Source: Xylographa opegraphella
Lineage: Eukaryota
Direction: 5' to 3'
Length of the DNA: 64,000 bases
NCBI GenBank assembly: GCA_022813865.1
Contig: JALDZX010000024.1
Location: 62,001 to 126,000 of the forward strand
Under the pieces are notes generated by a model. It saw only the letters and a program-made list of their open reading frames with translations, ran no database searches and was not told the origin of the DNA. The position numbers and the translations under genes are program-made. Positions 13,756 to 26,037 of the stretch are shown here, one piece after another (the stretch's first letter is position 1; each line of letters begins with the position of its first letter).

Positions 13756-13808
13756 GATAACGAGGTTGGAGGTTGAGTACAAATGTGAGAGGTAGCGCAA
13801 CTAGTCAT
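13665..13808 (-). promoter_or_regulatory. Out-of-frame upstream ORF overlapping the PMC1 start codon
   Basis: ATG at 13808 (weak context cttcATGa) opens a 47-aa frame ending at 13665, past the main ATG at 13755. A probable 5'UTR intron lies at 14139-14029 (GTATGT...GACTGAC...CAG). Confidence 0.5.
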
Positions 13809-15395
13809 GAAGGTAAGAGACAGAGAACGGAAGCGCAGCTCCAAATGTCTCGTTTTGTGTATGGTGAAGATAGAAGTATACAATCCTAGTGCTTTTTTCG
13901 GGTATTGGGGGTTTGGGGTCCGTGTTATGAGATCGAGTGGTCGATCGGTGATGACGATGGAATGCAGGCAAGATTTCCACAACCAGAAGGCGCAACGGTG
14001 TTGCAGAGGTGAATGTTTGTTGAGGTAACTGCTCAAGTTGTAAAGAGTCAGTCAAGTACAAACACAAGGATGTTCACATCCACGACAAGGCCGAAGCCAA
14101 GGATAGCAGTGCCCCCCCGGATACTCTGGGCAAACATACGTCTCACGCAAAATTCAACGCACTTCTAGTCAGTGGTCTGCAGCGGTGATGCCACCGCCTG
14201 TCTCTGAAGCCGATATCACAGGCCCACAAGCACCTTCGCAAGCAGCTTCGAGCACCCTGTGCCTGCAGTATCCCACGGGCTACGTCTGTCGGCTTCCGAA
14301 TCTCCATGGACGACGTTTCTCAACGGGCATCCATGGCAGCGCGGCAGCATTACTCCAATGCAGGTGGATCATGGAAAGAAGGATGGGATTATGCTTGGAG
14401 TCTAACTTTTCTCCACGAGCAAAAGAACCGTCAGTTGTTCATCTGATAGCGTGGCCGAGGGACCCCCTTGTTGCAAGGCAGGAGGCCTCTGAATGGGTCG
14501 ACATCCGGCCTCTCAGTATGAGATGCAGTCTTGGCATTTTGCACTGCCTCCTTACGCTAGTCTAGATGGCGGTTAGGTCAGCAGCTTGGTGCCAAGACCT
14601 CCAAAGCTCGAAATCGCCTAAACCATGTAGGGAATGTGATGATGAGCTTGATCATTGGTGTGATGGCCCTCTTCCCCATCCATAAACCTGCGCAGTAGTA
14701 CCTACGGATATCTACGGAGCACAGTAGACCTCCGAAGCCTTCATCCCATCATGGGGAGCAGAAGTTGCCATCCACCCTCCTCCCCACCAATCAATCCGAA
14801 TCGCCACCAAGCTTGTCTCAACCACCACTCGAATGGCCGCGAGTCCATTCGCCATCGATGAAGGACTCCCGCCTCCACCCACTACACGCCATTCCTTCGG
14901 ACCGGGGCGGAAGGGGTGGGGCCAGAATAAAAAAAGAAAGGATCACACATGGGTAGAATGTCTGTGGAAGGCAGGGAATCGCTTCCTTCGTCGATCATTC
15001 CACGTATCTTAGCGCCCGTTGTCTGCATCGATAGAGGATCGGCGGGCAATCATTGCGTCGGTTTCACTACGATGTATCATGGGTGTGTTATCTACATCAC
15101 GTGAAGGGTCTCTGTGTATCGGTCATGGGGTCGGCGAGGTCTTGTGCTTCACGTTCAATTCGTTTCACACAGAGTCAGCAGGACCGCGGCCTGTAGCGGA
15201 CGTGCGAAGGAACGTCTGAGCTTCGTAGGAGGTCGCTCAGACATTTGAAAGTAGTCGTCGATGGTCGAAACCTGAATACTATGGAGTCTAAGGTAGTGTT
15301 CGGACGTCAGTTCATGCAAAGGGGGACGAAGCCTCCAAACGTCCATGCCCAGGCCCATGCAGTCGCTATCTAAGTACGCAGATGCAGAAACGAGA

Positions 15396-17946
15396 TCAAT
15401 CAAATCGTCGGTAGGTGTACCCAATGAACGGTAGGTTCATCTCTGCCCCGTGCTCTTCCTCCAGCGCCTTGGTCTGTGCCCGCCAGTTGGCGCTGTGATC
15501 GGATTGGTCGATGTCAGAGATGGGGAAGTAGGAAACATCCAGCTTCGATGACAAGTTCGGTTTGAACGGTGCGTGGATGCTGCGTAGCTGGTTCCAATTT
15601 ACGCCAGCGAAGAACGCATGTTCCTTGATTTCGGCTGCTCCGTGCGGTCCACCTTCATGACCGAGGCGATTTGGGGCGTCGCAAAGTAGACTATCAAGCG
15701 ATTAGCATCTTATATGTGTGACATGGCAGTCTGTGCAGCTTACCTCCTAATGAGGCTCTCGGGGGAGGGGCTGAGATGGATGTCATCCGGAAACTGGAGG
15801 GTGTATTGCCAGTCGACAATCTTGCGGTAGCTATTACTCAATTAGCATTTCGTAGGTCTTTCACACACTGAAGTTCACTTACGTATCGTGAGGCTCTTCG
15901 GCGCAGAACGGAGGCCACCCAATCATACACTCAAACATGATCGCGCCCAAAGACCACCAATCACAACTGAAGCTATACCCTTGGCCACTGAAGATCTCAG
16001 GTGCAATGTAGTCTGGTGTTCCGACAGTGGAGTAGGCCATGCGACGCCGGGATTGACGCCACGAGTTCACCTGGCCACGGTTGCTGACAGTCAAATTGAT
16101 CTGGTCAAGCTGAACTGACGAGCGGTTGTCCCGCCGAGTGGTAGATGTGCCCCTCAGTAATTGCTGGTAATAGGAGGCATCGTGCTTGGGATGAAACCCA
16201 GTGGAGAGACCAAAATCTGTGAGTTTGATATGGCCTTCTGCATCCATTAGGATGTTATCTGGTTTGATGTCCCTGTGTTTTCACATTAGCAGGTACTTCC
16301 CACCCGACCAAAGACACTGATTGTTGCTGATGAGGAGCGAATATCAAAAAATGAGACAAGAAATCAGGTCTTGTCCACACCAAAAGTATAATCGTAAGGC
16401 ACATTCAAAGCCCATTATAGAGCTTACTCAACATTCGCATGAGAACGGTACAGACCTGAGGCATAGATATATACTCTCATATACATAATTATATAATTCT
16501 GTCCTGACTTCTTCAAGAAGATCAGGGCTTAGAAATACAGTCGCATGAGAGTAGCAACAACCAGAAAGTTACGATAATCACAAGAAACAATCTGCATCTT
16601 CAAACGGTGCTAGTGGGGTTATATTGACAGTATTACTCGCAGAACACAAGAACTTCCTTACCTATGGATAAATCCCAGCGAATGGACGGCCTCAATCGCC
16701 AATAGTATCTCCGCGATATAGAACCTGGTCACATCTTCCGAGAAGACTTCATACTTGATAAGAGACGTCATAAGATCGCCACCTGGTAAGTACTCCATCA
16801 ACATATACAGGAAGGTTGAATCCTGAAAACTCCGGTACAGCTTGACCACCCAGTCGCTGTCTGCCTGTGCTAATATGTCGCGTTCTGCACGTACATGTGC
16901 TAGTTGGTCTTTCTTGAACATCTCCGCTTTCACCAAGCATTTCAAGGCGTATATTTTAGCAGTCTTCTTATTTGTGACAAGCTTCACTTCGCCGAACGCT
17001 CCCTTTCCGATGACTTTGACAGTCGTGTAATCGTCTGGCTTCTCCACCGTACGAGTCTGTCTGAGGAAGGAAGTTTCGGATAACCAAACCTTGTTCATCT
17101 TCGCTCTCTTTTCTCGATCTGAATATCGTGAAGATTTGAGATAGTCATCGAGTTCCTTAGCACTACAGACGCATTGTCAGTAAACTTGCAGTGTAATGCT
17201 CCGCTCGTCTGGGAAGAGCTTAACACTTACCGAGCATTACGTTCACGAGCACGCATGACGTTATCACCAAAGAAGGTTGTCACAAAGACGTGAAGACCAG
17301 AGAGCTTCTTGGCAACGTTGTTGGAATACTTAGTAGGATCGGGTTCTGGAGGTTCATCGTCAAATGTGCTAAGCTGCTGTGAAGTTGAATTTCCAGGGGT
17401 AGGTAGAGTCAGATAATTTCCATGCTGTTGTTGGCCTGGAGCTCCTCCTTCGTTCCGAGGTCGACCCTGGTTAGGAGACGGGTGTCGAGCAAAGGGACTC
17501 GGTTGGCGTGGGGCGGCGCCGAGATTTTGATTCGAAAACTGACGGGCAAGACCAGAATTCGGATCATTCGTCGTGTATCCGCCCGGACGCTGGAGATATG
17601 GTGACTGAGGAGACTGTAAATTTTGCTGCTGATACTGATTCTGATTCTGGTATTGCATAGGTTGCTGCTGTGCTCGTTGTTGCGGGTACTGCTGATTGTT
17701 CGCAAAGTAGCCCCCTCCCCCATACCCTGCAGTCGTTGGACTTTGCATCTGAGCCTGCATCTGAGGCATCTGAGCGTAATCGTTGTTATTTTGTTGCCGC
17801 AGCGGAAAGATGGGCTGCGGGAAAGTCGACGGAGTGGTTGGGTAAACACGGCCGTCAGATGCCGGGTAACTACGATCACTGTTGAATCCATCTTGTCCAT
17901 TTGCCTGCCCAGCGCCAAAATTGAGGTGCAGTCGATTCGGGTCCAT
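15396..17946 (-). CDS. cot-1: NDR-family Ser/Thr protein kinase COT1/Cbk1/Orb6
   Basis: [12 protein letters not shown]-terminus, Q-rich region, [56 protein letters not shown]-terminal hydrophobic motif [12 protein letters not shown]. Confidence 0.96.
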
Positions 17947-17964
17947 GATTTTCGGGTCGGGGTG

Positions 17965-17997
17965 TCAGACGCCTCGAGCTGGGATAAGCTTCAGCAT
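17965..17997 (-). promoter_or_regulatory. 10-codon uORF in the cot-1 leader
   Basis: ATG CTG AAG CTT ATC CCA GCT CGA GGC GTC TGA (MLKLIPARGV*), same frame as the main ORF, ending 18 nt before the ATG at 17946. Confidence 0.65.
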
Positions 17998-19016
17998 GGA
18001 AGGAGGGGTGTCGAGACACGGACGCGAGGAGGCTTTGCTTGCGGTACCTGGTCCTGTAGGCTTGAATTGAAGGTGGAGATCGAGGCAAGGTGGAAGGCAA
18101 GAAACAATGTGCACGGTCTCAAGATGGGCGAAGGTGAATTGGTGGTTCCAGTCAGGGTTGAGAGCTCAGACTGAAAAGATGTGCGCTAACGAAAGGTCTA
18201 AGTGCGGGTAGGAGAAGGGTGAATCGGTCGAGGGGCGGCTGTTTGTGGATGTACAGGGGAAGTGTCAAAGGTGTGCTGAGGAATGAATTGGGAACCTATG
18301 GATTCAGCCTTGAGTCTGCGTAGAAGGCAGGCCAGAAGAGAAATTCACAGTGGTGGAAATATTGACGCCTATTTCATCGGATGTCCAAAAGGATAGGGGG
18401 CTCAGTCACGTGGTGGTAGCCGCCATGCAGAAACAAGGCACAATCGTGCGCCCGGTGAACGCAGGGGAAGCAGATCATGCATGAAGTCTCTATTTTATTG
18501 GGCCAGAAGCCATATCTGTGATCAGCAAGTCCTGTCAGATGTGGCCTATCAGAGTAAACATGGCCTGGGATGACCGCGGCCGCATTCCCACAGAAATGTG
18601 ATAGCGTCCAGGACTTGAGTACCCTCGGTACCTTAGGGGAGCCAGCGCATAGTTTATAACTGTACAATACAATGATAGACAGCGAACAAGATGTCCTATG
18701 TAACAGATCTATAGACATTCATACCAAATCATTTTACATTCACGGAAAGGATTTCTAGTTGTTCTTCCCCATGGACGAGCTGAGGAACGGATGGCAGCTT
18801 TAGGCTAGGACTACCCTAAGCAAGGGTTGTGCTTAGGATAACCGACTTTGCTAGAGCTCCGTGGGCTTTATTTTCTTCGAGTGCTCATTGCTCGGCCGAG
18901 CAGGTACACTTTCGAGAGAATGTTGCCACGCATCGTCCAGGAATTTCTCGCCCTTTGCTATCGGAGTTGAAAGATCTCAGGGTTTATTTAACCAATAAAT
19001 TCCTGCTGCAGCAACC

Positions 19017-20556
19017 ATGACCGATAATGTAAAGCCCGCCGCAGAAGCTTCGAGACCTCCAGCATCAGTCGCGCCGGCCACGAAAGCTGAAGGCAACCCA
19101 GCGTTACGGATGATGGGTAATGATGCTGCCGATACTCAGGACTCTTGTGACGTTCTGACCATGCGCAGGGCTACCACGAATTCGCGCAAAGCTTCCCTCC
19201 CGTAACTGGCTTATATTCCTCTCCATCACCGGCTCCTTCACAACAGCTTTGTTGTACGATCGAAACCAGAAGAGAAAGGTGCAAAAGAAGTGGTGTGATC
19301 TTGTCTCTCATCTTGCACGAGAAACCTTGCCCATTACCCAACTGCCGCGGAGATTCACAATCTTTCTCGCTGCACCGCCCGGCGATGGTCTACGTTCGGC
19401 GCGAGAATACTTCCAAGAATACGTCAAGCCCGTCCTAGTTGCTGCAGCGGTCGAGTGGGATGTCGTGGAAGGACGACGCGAGGGAGATGTGCGCGCTGGG
19501 GTGGCCGAGAGAGTCCGTAAGTTGAGGCGGAAGTACGGCGAAAAGGCGCCAGTCGAGCTCGAGGAGCCACAAGAAGACTTGGTACAAGCCATCCAGGAAA
19601 AGGCTGGTATACGTCCTTCGAGCGACCTCGAAGGAGATCTTGTTATTGGCCGGCATACTTGGAAGGAGTATGTTAGAGGTCTGCAAGAAGGCTGGCTGGG
19701 TCCACTACATCCACCAGACCCACCACCTATAGTGGCCTCTGCAGGAGCATCCGCATCAGAGCCCTGTCTCGAAGATCCAACATCAGATCTGACCGGCGAG
19801 CAGGCCACAGCAAGCGAGAGTGGAAATGCTCCTGTCTCCACGGTTCCCTCTGAACCTCCTCCGTCACCTCCAAAACCCGTCACGCCAATTCCTCCCTATA
19901 TATCGCCATCACAATACTCCAGCTCGCCACTTGCCTCTACAGTACCTGGAACGCTGCAACCCGCCATGGCATTACCGTTCCCGCACATTCTAGGCATTTT
20001 AAATACACCCATAAGGACTTATCGATTCCTCACCCAGCGCCATCTCGCGAACGAAGTGGGTCATATCGTGGCTGATATGGTTCTTGCGGGATCCACTCGT
20101 CCCTTTACCGCGGAGCTTGACTTTGCTAGCAGCATCGATCCTGATAGCTCGAGTGCGAGTCTCAGCAATGGAGAGGGCCAAAGTGGCGTGCGGGAAGGCG
20201 CAGTGATCGCCAGCGGGTCTCGCTGGGAACAACAAGGAATGTACGTGGATGAAGAGAAGGAATGGCACAAATCGGCACGCAAACCGAATGCTCCCGAGGA
20301 GGAGTGCAAGGAGAGGGTCTGGTCAGAGGACATGGTCATTGACGAAAGGATTGGACAGCGGATGACTACCTTCGTCAACTCCATGGGCCCTGATGAACGA
20401 TCGCGGAGGGTTGCAGAAGAGCACGCTCTGCAGGCGGCTGACCGGCAACATAAGCCAGGCTGGATCGAAACGATCAAGCTGTGGACTGGCTTCGGTGAGA
20501 ACGATAAGAGAGTGAAGGGTTGGGAACAAGGATCCGTGGGCAACGAGTCCGACTGA
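19017..20556 (+). CDS. TIM54: Mitochondrial inner-membrane TIM22 complex subunit Tim54
   Basis: NPALRMM/GLPRIRAKLPSRNWLIFLSITGSF...YDR, PPGDGL, YFQEYVKPVL, VIGRHTWKEYVRGLQEGWLGPL; one intron near 19117-19169. Confidence 0.93.
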
Positions 20557-21039
20557 TCAGGTACTCCCTGTGCGAGGCACCTCGTCGATTCTGGGCCATC
20601 CATGTCTATCTGTAACTATATGTGGCACTTCAGGCATTCATCTCCAATCATCTTTCACAGCGGCAACTGCCGTGTGAGATATCACGGTTGTGTCCGACTT
20701 TCCTCACGCCTGTACCACGACAGCTCCACTGACTCCTGAGGCATTCGTTTCCGCTACAAGACGATCCTCGCTTTGATCTGGGTGTGACGCCGGAATCGGC
20801 ATAGTTAGGGCTCAGGTTCCGGTTCCGCGATCGAAGCGATAACGGCGCGTGGGGGCGGGGATTGGGGTCAAACCTTAATAGTCAAAGTCAATTCACATGC
20901 CGGTAGATCGCTATCGCGGAAGAAACCGCCTCTGTCCGGACATATATGCGCATAACAAATATCCGGTCCTTATTAACGCCCCAATCTTCTTTGCGTTTCC
21001 CATGTTCGTACAACCTCGTCGTCGCGAATCCCCATCCTC

Positions 21040-22490
21040 ATGATGAGCTCGCCGAGCAAGCCCCGCATCCTTCTGCTAGGCGAAATCGAACAGTACGTCA
21101 ACCCTCGTGCCCAAGAATCATACTACTTGCCCCATCTGAGCTTCTGCTTTGCTGTCCATTGGATCACAAGCTCAAGTTCCAAACTGATCTCATCCACAGC
21201 GAGCCAGCAAGAGAGGAATGGCAAGCTCTCTCAAGCTTTGCCGAGCTCGTAACTCCGAAAGCGACAAATCGAGCCGAATTCTTGAAAGAATGCAAGAGCG
21301 GAGCATTTGACGGGGTGGTCGCCGTTTATCGCACCTTTGGGAGCGCGAGCATTACGGGCAGAGTGGATGAAGAGATGGTGAAGGCGCTGCCCAAGGGATT
21401 GAAATACATCGCGCATAATGGTAGGTTCGTTTCCCGAAATCGAAGAAGAGTGATGAAGGGCGCAACAATGTCTTTATTGTGTATAAATATTTGTCTTTAT
21501 TTTCGAAACATCTCCGTGGGGAGCGTACACCGAGAACCACGCCTGCACATCCCCAGTGTTCATGTCTCATACTGCATGCTCTTCGTTCTTAGACATACAC
21601 CATAAACTCCCGATCTTACCTTCTCTAAGCTTACTTGCTTCGCAGGTGCTGGTTATGACCAAATCGACGTCGATGTCTGCACCGACCACGGCATCCACAT
21701 CTCCAATGTGCCTACAGCTGTCGACGATGCTACGGCCGACACCGGGGTCTTTCTCACGATAGGGGCCCTTCGTGGCTTCAACCTCCCGTTGATCAACCTG
21801 CGCAAGAAAGAATTCCGTGGTACCACAGCTCCTTCGCTTGGGCACGATCCTGAGGGCAAAGTGCTTGGCATCCTCGGCATGGGCGGTATCGGCCGCAACA
21901 TGGCTCGAAAACTGCGCGCGGTCGGCATGAGCGTGCAATACTACAACCGGAAGCAGCTCAGCGAGGATTTGGCCGATGGTGCCAAGTATGTGCAGTTTGA
22001 GGAGTTGCTGAAGACCAGCGATGTTATCTCCTTGAATTTGCCTCTGAATGTAAGTCATTTGGACCCCTAGTATCGAAGCGGAGCATTGTAGCTACGTTGT
22101 TTCAGGACCTCTCGCTTTCAGATGATCATCACTGATACAGCCCAGGCCCACACCCGGCACATCATCTCCTCCCCACAGTTCCGCCTCATGAAGCGCGGCG
22201 TAGTCATCGTCAACACCGCTCGAGGCGCCGTCATGGACGAAGCCGCCCTCGTGGCCGCCCTCGACGACGGAACCGTGGCCTCCGTCGGTCTGGATGTCTA
22301 CGAGAACGAGCCCGAAATCCACCCCGGGCTGGTGAGCAATGACAAAGTACTCTTGCTACCACACATGGGCACCTATACCGTGGAAACGCAGACCGCGATG
22401 GAGAAATGGAACATTTCGAACGTCAGGATGGCGCTGCAGGAAGGGAAGCTCCGAAGCCCGGTGCCGGAACAGAAAGATATGGCAAGCTGA
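21040..22490 (+). CDS. D-isomer-specific 2-hydroxyacid dehydrogenase (glyoxylate reductase-like)
   Basis: HN/GAGYDQIDV, GKVLGILGMGGIG Rossmann motif, IVNTARGAVMDEAAL, GLDVYENEP, LLPHMGT; three introns. Confidence 0.93.
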
Positions 22491-23717
22491 TGCGGAATAC
22501 GTTGGGCAGGAGAGCAGTTGTCGCTTTGCTGTGTACATAAAAGCTTCCAGAGGGTGGGATCTGCCACTCTTCTCATGCTGTCTACAAGGGGGGGTGGGGG
22601 GAGGGTGGGGGGAGGGGGGGCGCGATAAAGGGGCGTAGACGGGGGAAGCGCAATAGATGAACTTTTAGACTAAGAGCAGGACGTGTAGAAATCAATTATG
22701 TCGACCGAATATCTTCGCCTACATGATCCTAAAAACTCCGTGATACTCTAGAGCCCCCTCGCGAGCAGGAATCCGCCCTGCCTCCGCAGCAGTACGTCCG
22801 AGAACGTGCTTTGTCTCACACAGTACACAGTACCGTTGCACCGCCTCCTATCTCCTATCACACAAAAGAACTCGTGCCCCCCCCCACCCACCGACTGAGG
22901 GAGCTTTGCATAACGGTCTCGTCTCATGTCATACCGCGGTAGATGCCTCCTCCTCATACCCGCAAGGTTCTTTCTCCGAGAAGTTCACAATCTACGAGGG
23001 GGGGAGGCCATTTTGTGATACGTACCGGGATGATATTTTCCCTCTGCCTGATGCGTAAACCGCTGACCGACAGCGTGACGCCGTCCGGGCTTAAGTCCGG
23101 TGAGGGGGATCCGTGTTTGTGAGCGGCGCTGACGGGTTGCTGTTTCCCTGTGCTGTGTGTGGATGGGTGTGCGAGCGTGTGGGTGGATGTGGGTGCGAGT
23201 TCTGCTGTAGGGTTCGATGGGGGAGAGAGGTGGGTTGGGGAAGGGGGTGGGCTTCTTGGTTTGGTGTTTGGGTTTGAGGTTTTGGGCGTAGGGGCGCTCG
23301 GAGCGGGGGTTGGGCTGGTCTGATCGTGGGGAGAGGGAAGCTGGGTGGTATGGTAGGGTTTGGGATGAGCGGTTGGTGCTGCGTCGGGAGGGGGAATGTG
23401 ACGCAGGGCGGTGATGGCTAGGGGAGGGGAAAGTGTTTGCTCATTATTACTTGTGTGTTATGAGCACGCATGGTTAAGGTGACGAGGGTGCTGCAGTGTT
23501 TGGGATACATGCACTCGGAATTTTCTTGTGCAGCTTTCCGGATAAGGTAGTAGCTGATAGATAAGGTAAGCTTAGCCGCCATATCCCCGAGCACATGTTT
23601 TGTCCTAAAATACACGCGCGCTAGACAGCCGCGCTTCGAATTTCGTCCAGCATTTCCACTCACCATCCACAGTCTCGCCATCCCAGCTTGGTATCCTCCC
23701 ATATCACCAACCAAACA

Positions 23718-24024
23718 ATGTCCCGCGAAGTCTACGCGCCCCCCACGCTCGGCACTCCGTCCGCGAACGCCGGCGGCGCCGCCTCCGGCTCGCTCTACAC
23801 CAGCCTCGACCAGGCCGGCCCACTGACGCAGTACCTGTGCGGCGAGTGCAATGCCAAGGTGCAGTTGAAGAAGGGAGATCCGATTCGCTGCAAGGAGTGT
23901 GGGCATCGGGTGCTGTATAAGGAGCGGACGAAGAGGTGAGTTGGGCTTGGGGTCTGGGGTTGGGATAGGGTTTTTGGTGGGGGCTGATGGGGCTTGTAGG
24001 ATGGTGCAGTTTGAGGCGAGGTGA
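23718..24024 (+). CDS. RPC10: RNA polymerases I/II/III common subunit RPABC4
   Basis: [35 protein letters not shown], then a GTGAGT...TAG intron, then MVQFEAR*. Confidence 0.95.
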
Positions 24025-24491
24025 TGAGGTGGGTTGGGGAGGGGCGGTGGGGTGAAGGGGGTGAGCTTGTGTGGGAGGGCTTCGGTTATGGGTCTTACGG
24101 GATTGGGGTTCTAGAGTATCGCGTGGGTATTCGCTGAATGTGATATCACGGATCGGCTCACGAACATGCAGCAATAATGGAGCTGGGACGAGGACCCGAA
24201 TCACGGGTTACTTTTTGCTCAGGATACTTGTCGATGGTTGACATTATGCAACTGAGAGACGGAAATGGCACAACTGGTTCTTGGAAATGAGCTGCTGCAT
24301 ATGTTGATAGCTTGGAATCAGTCCCATTTCAAGGTCGTGATCACCCCATGTTCACTATACAAGATGGATCCAACATTGGAAAACCGGTTCTTGCCTGGAC
24401 CTCAAAACCCCCGATTACGAAGATAACCTCCTTAAAAGGCAATCAGAAACTCTCACACATCATGGCATGCAAAGTCTAGTGCAGAAAACTT

Positions 24492-25802
24492 TCATCTTAT
24501 ACCAAGACTATTCGTGATTTCCACATATCCCTCCAGCGCCTTCAGCGCCTCTCCACTTTCAATCGCCCATCGCGCCCTCCTCACACCCTCCTTCCACCTC
24601 CCTTGCCCCGGCCCCCTCTCTCCCACAACCTTTCCATCATCCCCCGCTCCCATCGCACTCTCCTCCGTGTCACACATCCCAGCCACAACAAACAGCGCGG
24701 CCGTATTCATCAGCACGAAATGCACCACCGGATCGTCCCTCGGCAGCTCCATCTTCAACAGCCGCATCAGCGTCTCCGCGTTTTCCCCTGGCATCTTCCC
24801 CGGTAACACCTCCGCCAAGGTGTGCGCTGGTAAGCCGAAATCCGAAGGTTGCAGCTCGAAAGCTTCGATCTCGACAATCCGCCGTGACGGCGCTTCCTCG
24901 TCGCTCGTCGTGTACTCGTCATCCTGCTCGTTATTTGAGCCCCGGAAGGCGGGGTTGGCTCGCTCGACTAGCCGCCAGCAGTACGTTGTGCCTGCACAGC
25001 TGATCTCGTCGAGGTCTTCCGCGCCACACACTACAATAGCCTTCTTCGCGCCGCTGAGACGCAGAGCTTCTGCGAAAACGGGACCCAGTGCCCGGTGAGC
25101 GACGCCTACAACGCGGGCTTCGATCATGCCTTCCACCGGATTGGCGAGCGGGCCGAGCAGGTTGAAGATGGTGCGGAACCCGAGGTCTTTCCGAATAGGG
25201 GCCACGTGCCGCATGCCGGGGTGGAACTTCGGCGCGAAGAGGAAGGCGTAGTTGGTCCTCTCGTAGGCAGCAGGAAGGGTAGTGGCGGTAATGGCCTCGA
25301 TGATAGGCCCTTTGGGCGCTATAGACTGCAAGAGGTCCGCAGAGCCAGAGGTCGAGGACGAGGCACGATTTCCATGCTTACTTAGCAGGAGCAAGGAGGA
25401 CGCCAGGATGGAGGCCGTGGTGGAGACATTGAACGTCGAGTGCCCGTCGCCTCCGGTGCCGACGATATCGCACAGCCCGCCGCGGTAGCTGCCTTCCTTG
25501 CGGCCGCGGCAGCGGACTGCCTCGCGGAGCGTGGCCCGGTCGACTTGGGCAGCGGCGGACCGCATGGCGGAGGCGCATTTGGCGATTACGAGGGGGTCGT
25601 GGTCCCGTTTGGTGACGTGTAGGAGGGTCAAGAAGCTGGAGCATTGGACGGGTGATAATCGGTTGTCGAAGATCAAGGCGAGGGCGGAGGCGATTTCGGA
25701 GGCGGGGACGTGCTGGCTAGAGGGGCCGGCGAGGGCGGCCAGGAGGAGGGAGATGGAGACAATTGAGGATTCGGAAGTCATCATTGGAGTAGTGTTGTTC
25801 AT
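24492..25802 (-). CDS. TRP4: Anthranilate phosphoribosyltransferase
   Basis: DIVGTGGDGHSTFNVST, KHGNRASSSTSGSADLL, FLFAPKFHP, RTIFNLLGPLANP, LDEIS; intronless. Confidence 0.96.
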   Translation of the reverse strand: MNNTTPMMTSESSIVSISLLLAALAGPSSQHVPASEIASALALIFDNRLSPVQCSSFLTLLHVTKRDHDPLVIAKCASAMRSAAAQVDRATLREAVRCRGRKEGSYRGGLCDIVGTGGDGHSTFNVSTTASILASSLLLLSKHGNRASSSTSGSADLLQSIAPKGPIIEAITATTLPAAYERTNYAFLFAPKFHPGMRHVAPIRKDLGFRTIFNLLGPLANPVEGMIEARVVGVAHRALGPVFAEALRLSGAKKAIVVCGAEDLDEISCAGTTYCWRLVERANPAFRGSNNEQDDEYTTSDEEAPSRRIVEIEAFELQPSDFGLPAHTLAEVLPGKMPGENAETLMRLLKMELPRDDPVVHFVLMNTAALFVVAGMCDTEESAMGAGDDGKVVGERGPGQGRWKEGVRRARWAIESGEALKALEGYVEITNSLGIR

Positions 25803-26037
25803 ATCATCCGGTGGTTCGTTTACCTCTCCTAATTGTGGACCAGTAATGAGGGACTACCTAGAAATCGGATATTGAAATCAAATACAGCTAAAACTTTAGC
25901 GCCGTAATCATTTTTTCGACCTCACGACGGACAACGCTCGAGTCTCAACATCACGAGCCATACCGCCATCACTCCAGGCAAGCCTCTCTCCCAATTCCCT
26001 TCGCATATCATGCTAATAAATATCTCAGTCCCCGAAA

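Noticed and set aside
14200..15000. Crz1/CDRE-like sites upstream of PMC1
   Set aside because: Only imperfect GAGGC-type matches, expected by chance in GC-rich DNA.
21421..21645. 225-nt dehydrogenase intron with GTGATGA (box C-like)
   Set aside because: No CTGA box D downstream in the intron, so no supportable C/D snoRNA.
22739..24123. 17/19 inverted repeat (cgtgatactctagagcccc / ggggttctagagtatcgcg) flanking RPC10 and its upstream block
   Set aside because: No target-site duplication or transposase. A rough count suggests about one such match by chance within 1.5 kb across a 64-kb window.
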